Part shown: piece after piece, positions 1 through 9,704 of the stretch | How positions within the stretch are numbered: the first letter of the stretch is position 1 | Layout: each line of letters opens with the position of its first letter | Notes under the pieces: generated by a model | The model's database searches: none | Seen by the model: only the letters and a program-made list of their open reading frames with translations | Told to the model about the DNA's origin: nothing | DNA from: a virus | Taxonomy: Duplodnaviria > Caudoviricetes | Reading direction: 5' to 3' (one strand) | DNA length: 64,000 nt | Virus record (IMG/VR): IMGVR_UViG_3300028048_001169 | Span: 1-64,000 of that record | Program-made: the position numbers and the translations under genes

Positions 1-747
1 GGTAATACTGGAAAGTCATTCTATACGGTAACAAAGGTTTCAGATGATGGCACCAATATTTCCTATACTGATTTTGATGCTCGTTCTATGGATACAATGT
101 TCTTCTCACACAAAGAGATTGAGCGTATCGAGAATCATCTTGATAAGTTCATGTCTCGTAGAGAGTTTTACGAAGATCGTCAGTTATTATATAAGACTGG
201 TATTCTCTTATATGGTAATCCAGGAACAGGAAAGTCATCTTTGGCAAAGGCAATTGCAACAAAATATCATCGTTCTATCATCAGCATCAATCTGTCTAAT
301 ATTGATCAGATTGATTTTTCTGAGATTACTCCGATGATTACAAACGATAAGATGGATGAGTATATTATCTTATTAGAAGATATCGATACACTTTTCCCTA
401 ATCTGGATCGTGAAGCAAAAGATGCATCTGACAAAAAAGGAGATGTTATCAATAAACTTCTGCAGTTCTTGGATAGTAACTCTTCTCCAACAAATGTAGT
501 ATTTGTTGCTACTACGAACCATATTGATCGTCTTGATAAAGCTCTTATTCGAGATGGACGATTCGATATTAAGATCGAGGTAAAAGAGTTAAACAAAGCT
601 GATGCTCATAAGTTTGCTGAATCTTTTGGATTATCAAAAGAGGAAGCAGAATCAGCAATCAGAAAGTATATTTCTGATAATCCGGACAATGCTGAAGCAA
701 TCAATCAGTCAGCATTACAGAATTACATCTTAAGAGAGATGAAGTAA
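1..747 (+). CDS. AAA+ ATPase (BCS1-like), 5'-truncated by window
   Basis: Frame open from base 1; Walker A GNPGTGKS, Walker B ILLEDID, sensor TTN, LDKALIRDGRFD second region of homology. Confidence 0.85.
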   Translation, partial: GNTGKSFYTVTKVSDDGTNISYTDFDARSMDTMFFSHKEIERIENHLDKFMSRREFYEDRQLLYKTGILLYGNPGTGKSSLAKAIATKYHRSIISINLSNIDQIDFSEITPMITNDKMDEYIILLEDIDTLFPNLDREAKDASDKKGDVINKLLQFLDSNSSPTNVVFVATTNHIDRLDKALIRDGRFDIKIEVKELNKADAHKFAESFGLSKEEAESAIRKYISDNPDNAEAINQSALQNYILREMK

Positions 748-763
748 CCAGGAGAAAATAAAA

Positions 764-1009
764 ATGACAATACACGGAAGATATAGACTTGGTAAGTATT
801 TTATAATAGTTTTTAGTGATAATACGATGTATTTAATTGCTAGAAATAGTTATGATTGGATTCGTGTAAATGTTGGAAAAATCTTTGAGAATGGCGAACC
901 ATTCACAAAGGCTTACTACGATCGCTTGGAGGAAAAATGTGACAAGGTTGGCACATTTGAAGTCTATGAGGAATATCTGATCAGCAGAGTGTTGATCAGA
1001 GATAAATAA
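764..1009 (+). CDS. hypothetical protein
   Basis: AGGAG RBS, 81-aa ORF, followed by hairpin. Confidence 0.65.
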   Translation: MTIHGRYRLGKYFIIVFSDNTMYLIARNSYDWIRVNVGKIFENGEPFTKAYYDRLEEKCDKVGTFEVYEEYLISRVLIRDK

Positions 1010-1126
1010 AAAACCGGGGACTAATAAAAAGTCCCCGTGATTTATTTATCTAGAAAGAATCTTTGATATTGGAAACTATAGATTTCATGTCGATAATCAA
1101 ACTCGAAGAAATAAAGGAGGATATTA

Positions 1127-1396
1127 ATGTTTGAAAGTATAAAAAGTATGCTGAGATTCAAATTCAGTAAAGGAATAAGACTTAGACGTAAGACTTGTCC
1201 TATCTGTAAGAAGAAGCATATTATTATAGGTACTAATATATCAGAATCTGTTACGGTTAGCACCACGTTTAAAACCATTCACTATAATGATCTATGTAAT
1301 CATTGTTCTCGAGCATTTCTTAATATAGAAAGAGATTTAGGAATGGATTTAGACGGAGATACTGCTAATGTAGTTCTCGGACTACAGGCTGACTGA
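1127..1396 (+). CDS. small Zn-finger protein with DLDGD motif
   Basis: AGGAGG RBS; CPIC...CNHC; C-terminal GMDLDGDTAN. Confidence 0.7.
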   Translation: MFESIKSMLRFKFSKGIRLRRKTCPICKKKHIIIGTNISESVTVSTTFKTIHYNDLCNHCSRAFLNIERDLGMDLDGDTANVVLGLQAD

Positions 1397-1448
1397 TGAT
1401 AAAGAGTATCTGGACAAGCTACTCTATCTTTATTTAGGAGAAATTACA

Positions 1449-1847
1449 ATGGAAAAATATAAGAATATTTACAGATGTATTGATGCTATTGGAGATCGTG
1501 TAAGTAATGAATCACCGTATAATACAATTCTGTATTATCAGAATACAATTCAGAAGATTCAATCAACAAAAATGTCGATTGATCGTGAGACACGTAACCA
1601 GATCATTGATGAATTATTAGTTGGAAATTCTATTGAGCATTTATTACCAGATGATACAACAGAAGTTGTATTATTAACCATGCAGGTTGATGCTATGATA
1701 TTACTGGGATATTATACATTGACAATGTCAAAGATGGAAACTAATCTCTGTGGGAGGATGAAGTATGTATACTACGAAGAAGACTTTGATAATAATCTGA
1801 AATGGTTTAGAGAATTAAAAGATGGCTGGAATCAGAAATTAGATTAG
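1449..1847 (+). CDS. hypothetical protein (3' end possibly frameshifted)
   Basis: AGGAG RBS, 132-aa ORF; an overlapping -1 frame stays open to 1936. Confidence 0.65.
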   Translation: MEKYKNIYRCIDAIGDRVSNESPYNTILYYQNTIQKIQSTKMSIDRETRNQIIDELLVGNSIEHLLPDDTTEVVLLTMQVDAMILLGYYTLTMSKMETNLCGRMKYVYYEEDFDNNLKWFRELKDGWNQKLD

Positions 1848-2105
1848 AAGCAATCTTTGATATCGTTATCATTACAAACGATGAAACTCATTATGATGGA
1901 ATTGTATCATATAACGAGTTATTAGAGCTATTATAGGTATTTGTGGTATCATTGATGTAATTGAACTCTATAGTGTAGCTCAGATATCGAAAACTCATAT
2001 CACTACGATACATAGTATACAAAAATAGGCATCAAAAATTATAAAATAGATGGTGAACCGTTTTGGCTCACCATTTATTTTTTTTTTAAATTCTCTCTGT
2101 ATAAA

Positions 2106-2188
2106 TGTAAAAGTTACGGATTTAAATTATATACTATAGACGAGAATAGAGATACGAGTGTATCTTATTCAGGGGTTAAGGAGGCCCT
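2106..2188 (+). promoter_or_regulatory. promoter plus structured 5' leader, copy 1
   Basis: Colinear, largely identical copy at 32966-33048; TTATATACTATA motif, hairpin, AAGGAGG inside a second hairpin. Confidence 0.75.
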
Positions 2189-2193
2189 TTGTT

Positions 2194-2736
2194 ATGTTAG
2201 ATATTTATGGATATATGGATAATTCGAACGATCCTGATCTCTTAGCTCTCAAGAAGTCTCTTGACGATGCTGGGATTGTATTTGCAGAACCTACACCTGT
2301 TAAGGAGCAGCCAGGGTACAAGTTCGTAGATAACGTTGTACCATTCCCGAAGCATAATCGTTTTGGCTTAATGACGACAATTCATGTTTTTAATGAATTA
2401 CCTGTTATTAAGTATAATGATGGGATTAGGGCTGATCAGCCTAGGTACATTGTACGTGAAGATAAGGGGCTGGATTTCTGGAATGAAATTCGTGGTTTCT
2501 TCGTAGCCAATGGAGATCGTGGAGTAATGGTACATGATCTGCCGAAGTTTGAACTTCCAGCAGAGGACGATGTGACGTATATCGATGCCACAGAAAAGGA
2601 TCTTGATTCTATCAGTGGCTGGGCATATAGCCCAGTAGTAGGAGACAGGATCATCACATCTGATTACAAGGTGTATGTTGTAATCGGATTCAACCATCAT
2701 GATGGATCAGCTTCCGTTTACGGTAACGTCATGTAA
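2194..2736 (+). CDS. hypothetical protein
   Basis: Start moved to ATG 2194 behind AAGGAGG; terminator follows at about 2742-2782. Confidence 0.75.
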   Translation: MLDIYGYMDNSNDPDLLALKKSLDDAGIVFAEPTPVKEQPGYKFVDNVVPFPKHNRFGLMTTIHVFNELPVIKYNDGIRADQPRYIVREDKGLDFWNEIRGFFVANGDRGVMVHDLPKFELPAEDDVTYIDATEKDLDSISGWAYSPVVGDRIITSDYKVYVVIGFNHHDGSASVYGNVM

Positions 2737-2808
2737 TCAATAAAAAGGAAAGTTGGATATATGTCCAGCTTTTCTTTTTTTTGTTTTAGTTATCAAAAAT
2801 AGTTTTAA

Positions 2809-2820
2809 TCATATATTATA
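2809..2820 (+). promoter_or_regulatory. putative phage early promoter motif TCATATA(C/T)TATA
   Basis: Same 12-mer (at most 1-2 changes) at 2127, 5465, 8904, 18248, 32987, 42555, 50836, 57331, 63039, always intergenic and upstream of + strand genes or the tRNA-like element. Confidence 0.75.
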
Positions 2821-2883
2821 ACTTTGTAGTAGAAGAATTTAATATCAAGAGAGTAATATTACTAAGAAAGGAGCTAAGTATAA

Positions 2884-3405
2884 ATGACAAATATAGATAT
2901 TGATAGCAATCCTAATAAAGCTGCTAAATGGTATATGAATCATTATAAAGACGAAATAGATAATATACCAGGATTAAAGAAACTATTAAAGAGATATATG
3001 AATATTGCTTATGAATCCGTAGATGAAGAGATAAAAGAATACTATAAAAGATTAATAATATTCTTAGCATATCCAGAATCTCAAACAGAGTATGATTGTC
3101 AGTATATTCATGTACAAGGAGGAATAATAGAAGATATACTAACAAAAGAAGATATTGCTCATTGTTCACAAAATGATATTAATGATTATAATATAAAAAT
3201 AGCTACATTAAGAGCTATCAGATATTGCGATGATGATCATTGTAATATTAAATCTGACAATCATAGCAGTAGATCAATTATTAATAATATATCTAATAAA
3301 TATAAAGATATATTTAAAATAAAGAATATCAGAAATTATGATTGGAGAATAGACTTTATCAATAAGTATAGGCAATCAAAAGATGCAAAGAAATGGCATT
3401 TATGA
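2884..3405 (+). CDS. hypothetical protein, probable paralogue of the next gene (DUF29-like)
   Basis: RLIIFLAYPES and C-terminal FINKYRQSKDAKKW resemble HAMKYELQP and FIKKYSATSDSKKW of the next ORF. Confidence 0.6.
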   Translation: MTNIDIDSNPNKAAKWYMNHYKDEIDNIPGLKKLLKRYMNIAYESVDEEIKEYYKRLIIFLAYPESQTEYDCQYIHVQGGIIEDILTKEDIAHCSQNDINDYNIKIATLRAIRYCDDDHCNIKSDNHSSRSIINNISNKYKDIFKIKNIRNYDWRIDFINKYRQSKDAKKWHL

Positions 3406-3421
3406 TTGGAGGGCATAAATT

Positions 3422-3859
3422 ATGAATATTTACGGTGATGTATTTTTAAATGAGAAAGATAACAATATTGAGTCTGCTAAGAATTTCTATATAAAGGGCA
3501 TGGCTCATGCTATGAAGTACGAACTACAACCTAACAAACAATCTAAATCATGGTGTGATACAATGTTACATGCATATGATAATATTAATACTTTGAAAGG
3601 TGTAAATATTAATAAATTTGAAGATTTTTGTAGTGATCCTTCAAATTTCAAAACTAGAGTTATAAATTTATATAAAAAGGATACTGGTAAGTCGGATTCG
3701 GAGATACCAGAAGATATTAATAAAGAAATATTTACAGATCCAGATAAATTTATTACTTTTATTAAAAAATATTCTGCAACTTCGGATAGTAAAAAGTGGA
3801 TAGATACTTATGATATTAATTCTGGCACTACTAAAACTAAAAAGAAAAATAGAGGGTGA
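3422..3859 (+). CDS. DUF29-like protein with N-terminal MNIYGDVFLNE tag
   Basis: HAMKYELQPNKQSKSW resembles the DUF29 HLLKxxYQPxxRSxSW motif; tag matches the MIYGQTFLNE family. Confidence 0.6.
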   Translation: MNIYGDVFLNEKDNNIESAKNFYIKGMAHAMKYELQPNKQSKSWCDTMLHAYDNINTLKGVNINKFEDFCSDPSNFKTRVINLYKKDTGKSDSEIPEDINKEIFTDPDKFITFIKKYSATSDSKKWIDTYDINSGTTKTKKKNRG

Positions 3860-3884
3860 GCCTAACGGTCCACCCTTTTATTTT

Positions 3885-4796
3885 TTATTTATTGATTAAT
3901 AATGCCATGTCTGAGCAGTAATTCATCAACTCATTTTGTACATAACTCTCGAGATTAACGATAATACTATCACCATTCTTAAGGTTTAATGTAACGCTAG
4001 AAGCATCCTTACTGATCTGTGCGTTCTCGTAAATAATATCAAAGTTCTCTGTAACAAATTTTACATTCTTAGAGTCTTCTTTGATAAAGTTTACAACACT
4101 ATTATTTGTAATAGGAATAACACGAGCTGATTCGCTGCATAATACATCAGTATAATCTGTTGTCTCTAATAATTGATCTAATCGAGACTTTGGTAATTCG
4201 ATTGCACTAGATTCTGTTAATGCACTAGGATCAACAATACCCTGTGTATAAGCATGTGGATGTGATGGATAATAAACACGATCATAGCAAATCATTCTCA
4301 TACCATGAACAATATTACCTCTAGGTGACTTTTCAATCGTACCTAAAGCACGTAAAGAAAATGCTGGTTTACATCCTTCGCGAAGATCTTCATCTAATGC
4401 TTTTCCTAACGCATTATTCGTGCCTTCGAAATAACCAACAACATTATCTCCTTCTGTCCAGAATTTTAAAATTCTAAAACATACTTTAGTAGGATCGATA
4501 GTAGACTGTCTGGTAAGAGATGACTCTAATGGATGACCAGCTTCTCCTACGAACTCCTTATTACGTAATAACTCAATAGTTCTAGGACAAGTTAACTGAG
4601 GGAATAATTCACTCTTAGGATAAATACGACCATTACGGTTTACTTCATCAGCTGTCTGGAAAATAGCCTTTGCCATTACTTTACCATTTGCTTGTTCTTT
4701 AATGACAGACTGTGTTGTACATCTGTCGATATCATTCTCGTTCAGAATATAGTAGCCTACTGGCTTTGCTAAATCTGATTCTCTTAATATACTCAT
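3885..4796 (-). CDS. prohead (capsid maturation) protease, T4 gp21-like
   Basis: NRNGRIYP, GEAGHP (His), FSLRALG (Ser), YDRVYYPSHPHAY; AACA-N6-TA promoter at 4834-4845 (-). Confidence 0.88.
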   Translation of the reverse strand: MSILRESDLAKPVGYYILNENDIDRCTTQSVIKEQANGKVMAKAIFQTADEVNRNGRIYPKSELFPQLTCPRTIELLRNKEFVGEAGHPLESSLTRQSTIDPTKVCFRILKFWTEGDNVVGYFEGTNNALGKALDEDLREGCKPAFSLRALGTIEKSPRGNIVHGMRMICYDRVYYPSHPHAYTQGIVDPSALTESSAIELPKSRLDQLLETTDYTDVLCSESARVIPITNNSVVNFIKEDSKNVKFVTENFDIIYENAQISKDASSVTLNLKNGDSIIVNLESYVQNELMNYCSDMALLINK

Positions 4797-4912
4797 AGAG
4801 ATATATCTCCTTCCTCTTAGAATTATGCATAATTATTTAGATGTTGAACAATGCAGAAAGTCTAAGGCAGAAAACTGCCTTAGACATAGTATTTTGCATA
4901 ATGATTTAATAA

Positions 4913-5353
4913 TTATCGAGCGTTCTGTACTCTCTGCTGCTCTGGAGTAGCCTTCTCCTTAGCTGCCTTCTTAATATACTCTTTCTGAGATACCTTAGCA
5001 AGACGAGCTGCCTTATTACCATACTTCTTGAATACAAGAGCACGATACTTCTTCCAAAGAGCACGATACTTGATGCACTTAGCGAAGTTAGGATCATTAG
5101 CTTCCTTAGCCAGCTGATAGCAGATAAGTCTCTCACGACGGATCATATCAGATTCTTTGCTGAGTCTCATAACTGTAGGTTTCTTCAGAACAGAACGCTC
5201 CATAAGAGCATTACAATGATCTGACTCTAACCACTCATGCAACTGATCAGAATTCATTCTCATAAGATCATCTACGAGAAATGATTCTACAACAGCGTCC
5301 ATATCTACTTCATTGTTTACATTGTCTAGCTGATTGTGTCCATATAATGACAT
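4913..5353 (-). CDS. putative prohead core/virion protein
   Basis: Directly upstream of the protease, AACA-N6-TA promoter at 5425-5436 (-), acidic N-half and basic C-half. Confidence 0.55.
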   Translation of the reverse strand: MSLYGHNQLDNVNNEVDMDAVVESFLVDDLMRMNSDQLHEWLESDHCNALMERSVLKKPTVMRLSKESDMIRRERLICYQLAKEANDPNFAKCIKYRALWKKYRALVFKKYGNKAARLAKVSQKEYIKKAAKEKATPEQQRVQNAR

Positions 5354-5547
5354 ACGACAAATTCCTCCTTACAAATATTTTTTAATCGATTAAGCAATAT
5401 TGTAGTTTTATAACCATTATTGATTACTTAAATGTTACTGCTGTAAGGGTAAAATTGGTTTCGATCATATATTATAAATAGGTAAGTGTAGGTATTTACT
5501 AAGAGGAAAACATATAGTTAGTAATAAAATAGAAAGGAAGCAATTTC

Positions 5548-7707
5548 ATGGCAAAGACTGCACTGGGTGAATACAAAAAGACAATGGGTCGATTCGTACG
5601 AATGTTTGATTCAAATATTCCAGATGATCAATTATCAGCAGCATTGGATTATTCGATACAAAAACGATATAAACCATATAATGCTCAGCTGAATAATAGT
5701 TATACGTATCAGAAACAATCGACAACATTATTACAGTTAACGGATTGGATCTTTGAGAAGGAGCCGATTGTAACAGCATATGGAACTATGTTTAAAAGAC
5801 ATGCTCAAACAATCAATCCATTGACAACTGTTATACAGCAGTTTCTAGATACTAGATCTATTCATAAAAAAGAAATGTTCAAATATCCAAAAGGTTCTGA
5901 AGAATTTGAACGATATAATCTATATCAGCTATTAGATAAGATTGATTGTAATGGTATTTATGGATGCCTTGGTCAGTATAGTGCATTAATATATAACGTC
6001 AACGTCGCAACGTCTATTACAACACAGGGACGAGCTGCAGTATCTACAATGATGTGCTTCTTTGAGGCTTTCTTAAGTAATAATGTAAAGTTTGGAAGTC
6101 TCGATGAAGTATTAACGTTTATTGACCACGTTAAGTCTGAGTATAAAGATCGTAAGTATCAAGATAGTAAGATTCTTGATCATGATGTATCAGTAGCTGA
6201 TTGTTTTGCTAAGATTATTTATAGTTGTGGATTCCGCTGGGTACCTGATGATAGAGAAATGGATATCATCTGGAGAGTGGTTAATAACTTAGGTCAAGAA
6301 GATTTGAACCGAGTATATTATAAGAATAATCTCTATTATTTCTGTGAGAATTCTTATATGACAAATCTTATCAAAGAAACAATGGCTACAATGGAGACTC
6401 CTTATTATGATCCAAATAAACCACCAGAAGAAATCGTTGGATTATTAGACGAGTTTACATCATTATTACGTGAGTATGTATTCTATAACTGGATGTATGT
6501 TGATCGTATTGACAGAGCTGAGAATATGATTAAAAATATCTGTGTTATTTCTGATACAGATAGTAGTATTATCAGTCTTGATGCTTGGTTCCGTTTTGTT
6601 AACGATATGACAAAATATGATCATCTAAAGATTCAAAGAATTCAACCACGTAATCCGTTCAAAGTAATCGAGAAGGATGAATATGGAGATCCAGTACATA
6701 AGAGTGATTTATCTCCATTTATCCCATTAGAGCAAAATTATGACTATGATTTCGAAAACGATGAACTCGTTGCAATGAAGCATGTCATTAATCCATTTGT
6801 CATATTACCAGAAGATAATGTAAGATTCAGTATTATCAATATGATGTCATATGCTCTAACGAGATTAGTAAATGAGTATATGATTACATTGACAAAGAGA
6901 AGTGGATCTTATGCAGAAGGTAAGGAATGCAAATTATGGGCTAAGAATGAGTTGTTGATGAAACGTAGTCTTATCACTGAGTCCAAGAAAAACTATGCTT
7001 CTATTCAGGAATTACAAGAGGGTAATCGAATTCCTAAGAATAAGCAGTTAGATATCAAAGGCATTGAGTCTATGGCAAAATCAAATACAGCAGATTCTAC
7101 AAAGGATGCTTTGAAGAAGATCTTATTAGAAGATGTCATGAATGCTAGTACAATTGATCAGTTTAAGATTATTAAGCATATTGCAATTCTAGAGAAGCAG
7201 ATTACAGATTCTGTATTATCTGGATCAAAAGAGTTCTATAAACCAGCAACAATTAAATCTGCTGCAAATTATGAAACTCCGTTTAGAATTCAGGGTGTTA
7301 AAGGAGCATATGCTTGGAACAACCTGAAACCAGAGAGTGAGAACTTACCTGCAATTAATCTAGAAGAACGTAATGCTGTTGTAATAGCAAAGACTACCAT
7401 TGATATTAACACTGTGGAAACTTTAAAAGAAGATTTCCCAGAGGTATATGATAATGCAATGAAATTATTACGTTCTGATATCTTTGGATATAAGAAGGTA
7501 AAGAATAAGTCAGGTGAGAAGGAAGTCTTTGGTCATATTGATTGTGTATCAATTCCTTTAGATACTCCTACACCAGCATGGATTATGCGAGTAATTGATC
7601 TCAGTACAATTATCAATAATAATATCAAAGGATTCACATATGAATCTGTAGGTATTCAGAGATTACACAAAGACAAGGTTAATTATACAAATATGATCAA
7701 CCTATAA
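5548..7707 (+). CDS. family B DNA polymerase, C-terminal subunit of a split enzyme
   Basis: Motif B KIDCNGIYG, motif C ISDTDS, KKNYA, IKGIE; no motif A (DxxSLYPS) and no exonuclease motifs. Confidence 0.85.
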   Translation: MAKTALGEYKKTMGRFVRMFDSNIPDDQLSAALDYSIQKRYKPYNAQLNNSYTYQKQSTTLLQLTDWIFEKEPIVTAYGTMFKRHAQTINPLTTVIQQFLDTRSIHKKEMFKYPKGSEEFERYNLYQLLDKIDCNGIYGCLGQYSALIYNVNVATSITTQGRAAVSTMMCFFEAFLSNNVKFGSLDEVLTFIDHVKSEYKDRKYQDSKILDHDVSVADCFAKIIYSCGFRWVPDDREMDIIWRVVNNLGQEDLNRVYYKNNLYYFCENSYMTNLIKETMATMETPYYDPNKPPEEIVGLLDEFTSLLREYVFYNWMYVDRIDRAENMIKNICVISDTDSSIISLDAWFRFVNDMTKYDHLKIQRIQPRNPFKVIEKDEYGDPVHKSDLSPFIPLEQNYDYDFENDELVAMKHVINPFVILPEDNVRFSIINMMSYALTRLVNEYMITLTKRSGSYAEGKECKLWAKNELLMKRSLITESKKNYASIQELQEGNRIPKNKQLDIKGIESMAKSNTADSTKDALKKILLEDVMNASTIDQFKIIKHIAILEKQITDSVLSGSKEFYKPATIKSAANYETPFRIQGVKGAYAWNNLKPESENLPAINLEERNAVVIAKTTIDINTVETLKEDFPEVYDNAMKLLRSDIFGYKKVKNKSGEKEVFGHIDCVSIPLDTPTPAWIMRVIDLSTIINNNIKGFTYESVGIQRLHKDKVNYTNMINL

Positions 7708-7751
7708 CATTTTACTAATTACAGCAATTAATACATAAAGGAGGTGTTAAC

Positions 7752-7883
7752 ATGGCTGAACCAACAGTGATGCTGAATGAGCAGGGTGATTTGGGTTTAT
7801 GGTGCACAGAGCTTAATTCTCAGGATCAGAAGACATTAAATGAATCTGATCAGCAGGAGAAAGACGACAAGCACAACGATTAA
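7752..7883 (+). CDS. 43-aa acidic peptide (absent from ORF track)
   Basis: AACA-N6-TA at 7706-7717, GGAGG RBS, MAEPTVMLNEQGDLGLWCTELNSQDQKTLNESDQQEKDDKHND, hairpin after stop. Confidence 0.7.
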   Translation: MAEPTVMLNEQGDLGLWCTELNSQDQKTLNESDQQEKDDKHND

Positions 7884-7952
7884 ATCAAATGTGTAGAGTG
7901 CTAGATATAAATCTAACACTCTACATTTGTTGTAAAGAAATGGAGGAATAAC

Positions 7953-8837
7953 GTGGGATTATTTGAATCTTTAGACAATATAACACCAGAAGAGGAGATC
8001 CCTACGAACGTTGATTTAAATATCAAGTTCAGTACTTTGGAATATACATATGATACGTTTCTTAAGAAACTAGAGACAAACAATATTACAGATGTACAGA
8101 TTGAGAATGAGATTTTATATTACTATAATAATCTATGTAATTATGATCGATTTAAACATTCTGAGACTCGTGAAACATTCCAGAAGATTTGGACAAATGA
8201 ACGATTCTTGAATGTATTCTGTAAGTTATGTCCTAGACTTATGAAAGATCCAGATTTCCAGAATAATGGATTTTATAATCATACAATCTGTAAGATTGCT
8301 TATGATTATTATTCTGAGTATGGTAATAAAGAAGGAATGTTCAGAGGAGTAACAAGCATTCTATTTAGAATTGTAGAGACTCTAAATGCAAACCAGATTA
8401 TTCCATTAACAGCTTATATGAATGAAATTCATGCAATGTTTATCATACTAGCTTCTAAAAGTAGCTTTGATCCATATGAGTGTGTACAGCGAGTTAATGA
8501 ATTCATTATGCGATTAGGATATGATTTTGATATATCAACTATCGTATATATCTACAGCTTATTATACTCTAAGAAATTCAGTGAATTATTCATAGCTACT
8601 ATGATTCAGACATATGACCTTGATACATTAGATACAAATGAGAAGACGATGTATTATCGAATCAATCGTACTTTACTTATGATCTTAAATAGTATGCCGA
8701 GTGGAGAGATTTGTACCGTTATTAAACGCTACGATAATTTCTTAAACTTAGAGCCTCATCCAGTAAGATTTAATCTGATGGAGAAGGCTAGAGAATATGA
8801 AAGATTATACGATAATATGCTTCATGCATATGATTAA
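7953..8837 (+). CDS. hypothetical protein
   Basis: GGAGG RBS, GTG start, 294 aa, terminator at about 8847-8883. Confidence 0.8.
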   Translation: MGLFESLDNITPEEEIPTNVDLNIKFSTLEYTYDTFLKKLETNNITDVQIENEILYYYNNLCNYDRFKHSETRETFQKIWTNERFLNVFCKLCPRLMKDPDFQNNGFYNHTICKIAYDYYSEYGNKEGMFRGVTSILFRIVETLNANQIIPLTAYMNEIHAMFIILASKSSFDPYECVQRVNEFIMRLGYDFDISTIVYIYSLLYSKKFSELFIATMIQTYDLDTLDTNEKTMYYRINRTLLMILNSMPSGEICTVIKRYDNFLNLEPHPVRFNLMEKAREYERLYDNMLHAYD

Positions 8838-8968
8838 AATAGTAACCGATAGGAACAAATTCCTATCGGATTATTATTTTTTTGGAATTCTTCATAATTA
8901 TAATCATATACTATAAGGGTGTAACGTAAAAGTGTCTAAAAAATAAATAGAATTGGAGGAAAAGACAC

Positions 8969-9640
8969 ATGAAACATTTAGGTATTGAGGTAACATTCAC
9001 AGAAGACGTACTTGGTATGATGCCAAGCAACCCAGACGTAGTGAGCGAGTACATTGCGTCAAATGCACCAGATGCTAAGACTAAGAAAGAGGAGATCGAA
9101 GCAATTGGTGTTGAGGAGATGGAAAATAAGGCAATGACCATCTTCCCGAGAACAGAAGATGGAAGACCAATGTTCTGGGATTACCAGGTACTTGGTTTCT
9201 TTAAAGAAGCATGTTCTATGCTTCGTAGAGAAAAGAATGAAGAAGAGGCAAAGCACTCTTCTAAGCTGGCAGCTTTTAAGAAGACTATTGATGGAAATAT
9301 TCGAGTATATCCTCGTAGAATTCCTATCAATGCATCTGGTGAGCTGGGTAACCTGCAGCGTCCATTACGTGCATCTACACCACAAGGTGATCGAGTAGCA
9401 CTTGCATCATCTGAAGTTGTACCTGCTGGTTCTAAGATGAAGTTTATCGTAGAGTGCCAGGATGATTTACAGAATGTAATCATTGAGTGGCTTATGTATG
9501 GACGTAAGCATGGCACTGGTCAGTGGAGAAATTCCGGTGCTGGAAGATTTATCTTTGAAGCAACAGATCTCGACACTTCAGAGATTATTGCTAGATCTGA
9601 GGAGCATGATCCATCTAAGGATTATGATTTCTTAGATTAA
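8969..9640 (+). CDS. stand-alone Cas7/Csm3-like RAMP protein
   Basis: RAMP motif order: N-terminal strand ending DVLG; FPRTEDGRPMFWDYQVLGFFKEA; EVVPAGSKMKF; C-terminal glycine loop GTGQWRNSGAGRF; own promoter (8904), RBS and terminator. Confidence 0.75.
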   Translation: MKHLGIEVTFTEDVLGMMPSNPDVVSEYIASNAPDAKTKKEEIEAIGVEEMENKAMTIFPRTEDGRPMFWDYQVLGFFKEACSMLRREKNEEEAKHSSKLAAFKKTIDGNIRVYPRRIPINASGELGNLQRPLRASTPQGDRVALASSEVVPAGSKMKFIVECQDDLQNVIIEWLMYGRKHGTGQWRNSGAGRFIFEATDLDTSEIIARSEEHDPSKDYDFLD

Positions 9641-9658
9641 TAGTAATTCCATAAACAT

Positions 9659-9704
9659 AAAAAAGGCTGGTGGAGAGAGCTTTCCACCAGTCTTTTATTT
9701 TTTT
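9659..9704. terminator. bidirectional intrinsic terminator
   Basis: GGCTGGTGGAGA-GAGC-TTTCCACCAGTC stem with an A-run before and a T-run after. Confidence 0.85.

Noticed and set aside
44-337. This and the many other short ORFs nested in or antisense to long genes
   Set aside because: They lie inside better-supported CDSs, lack an RBS and show no motifs.
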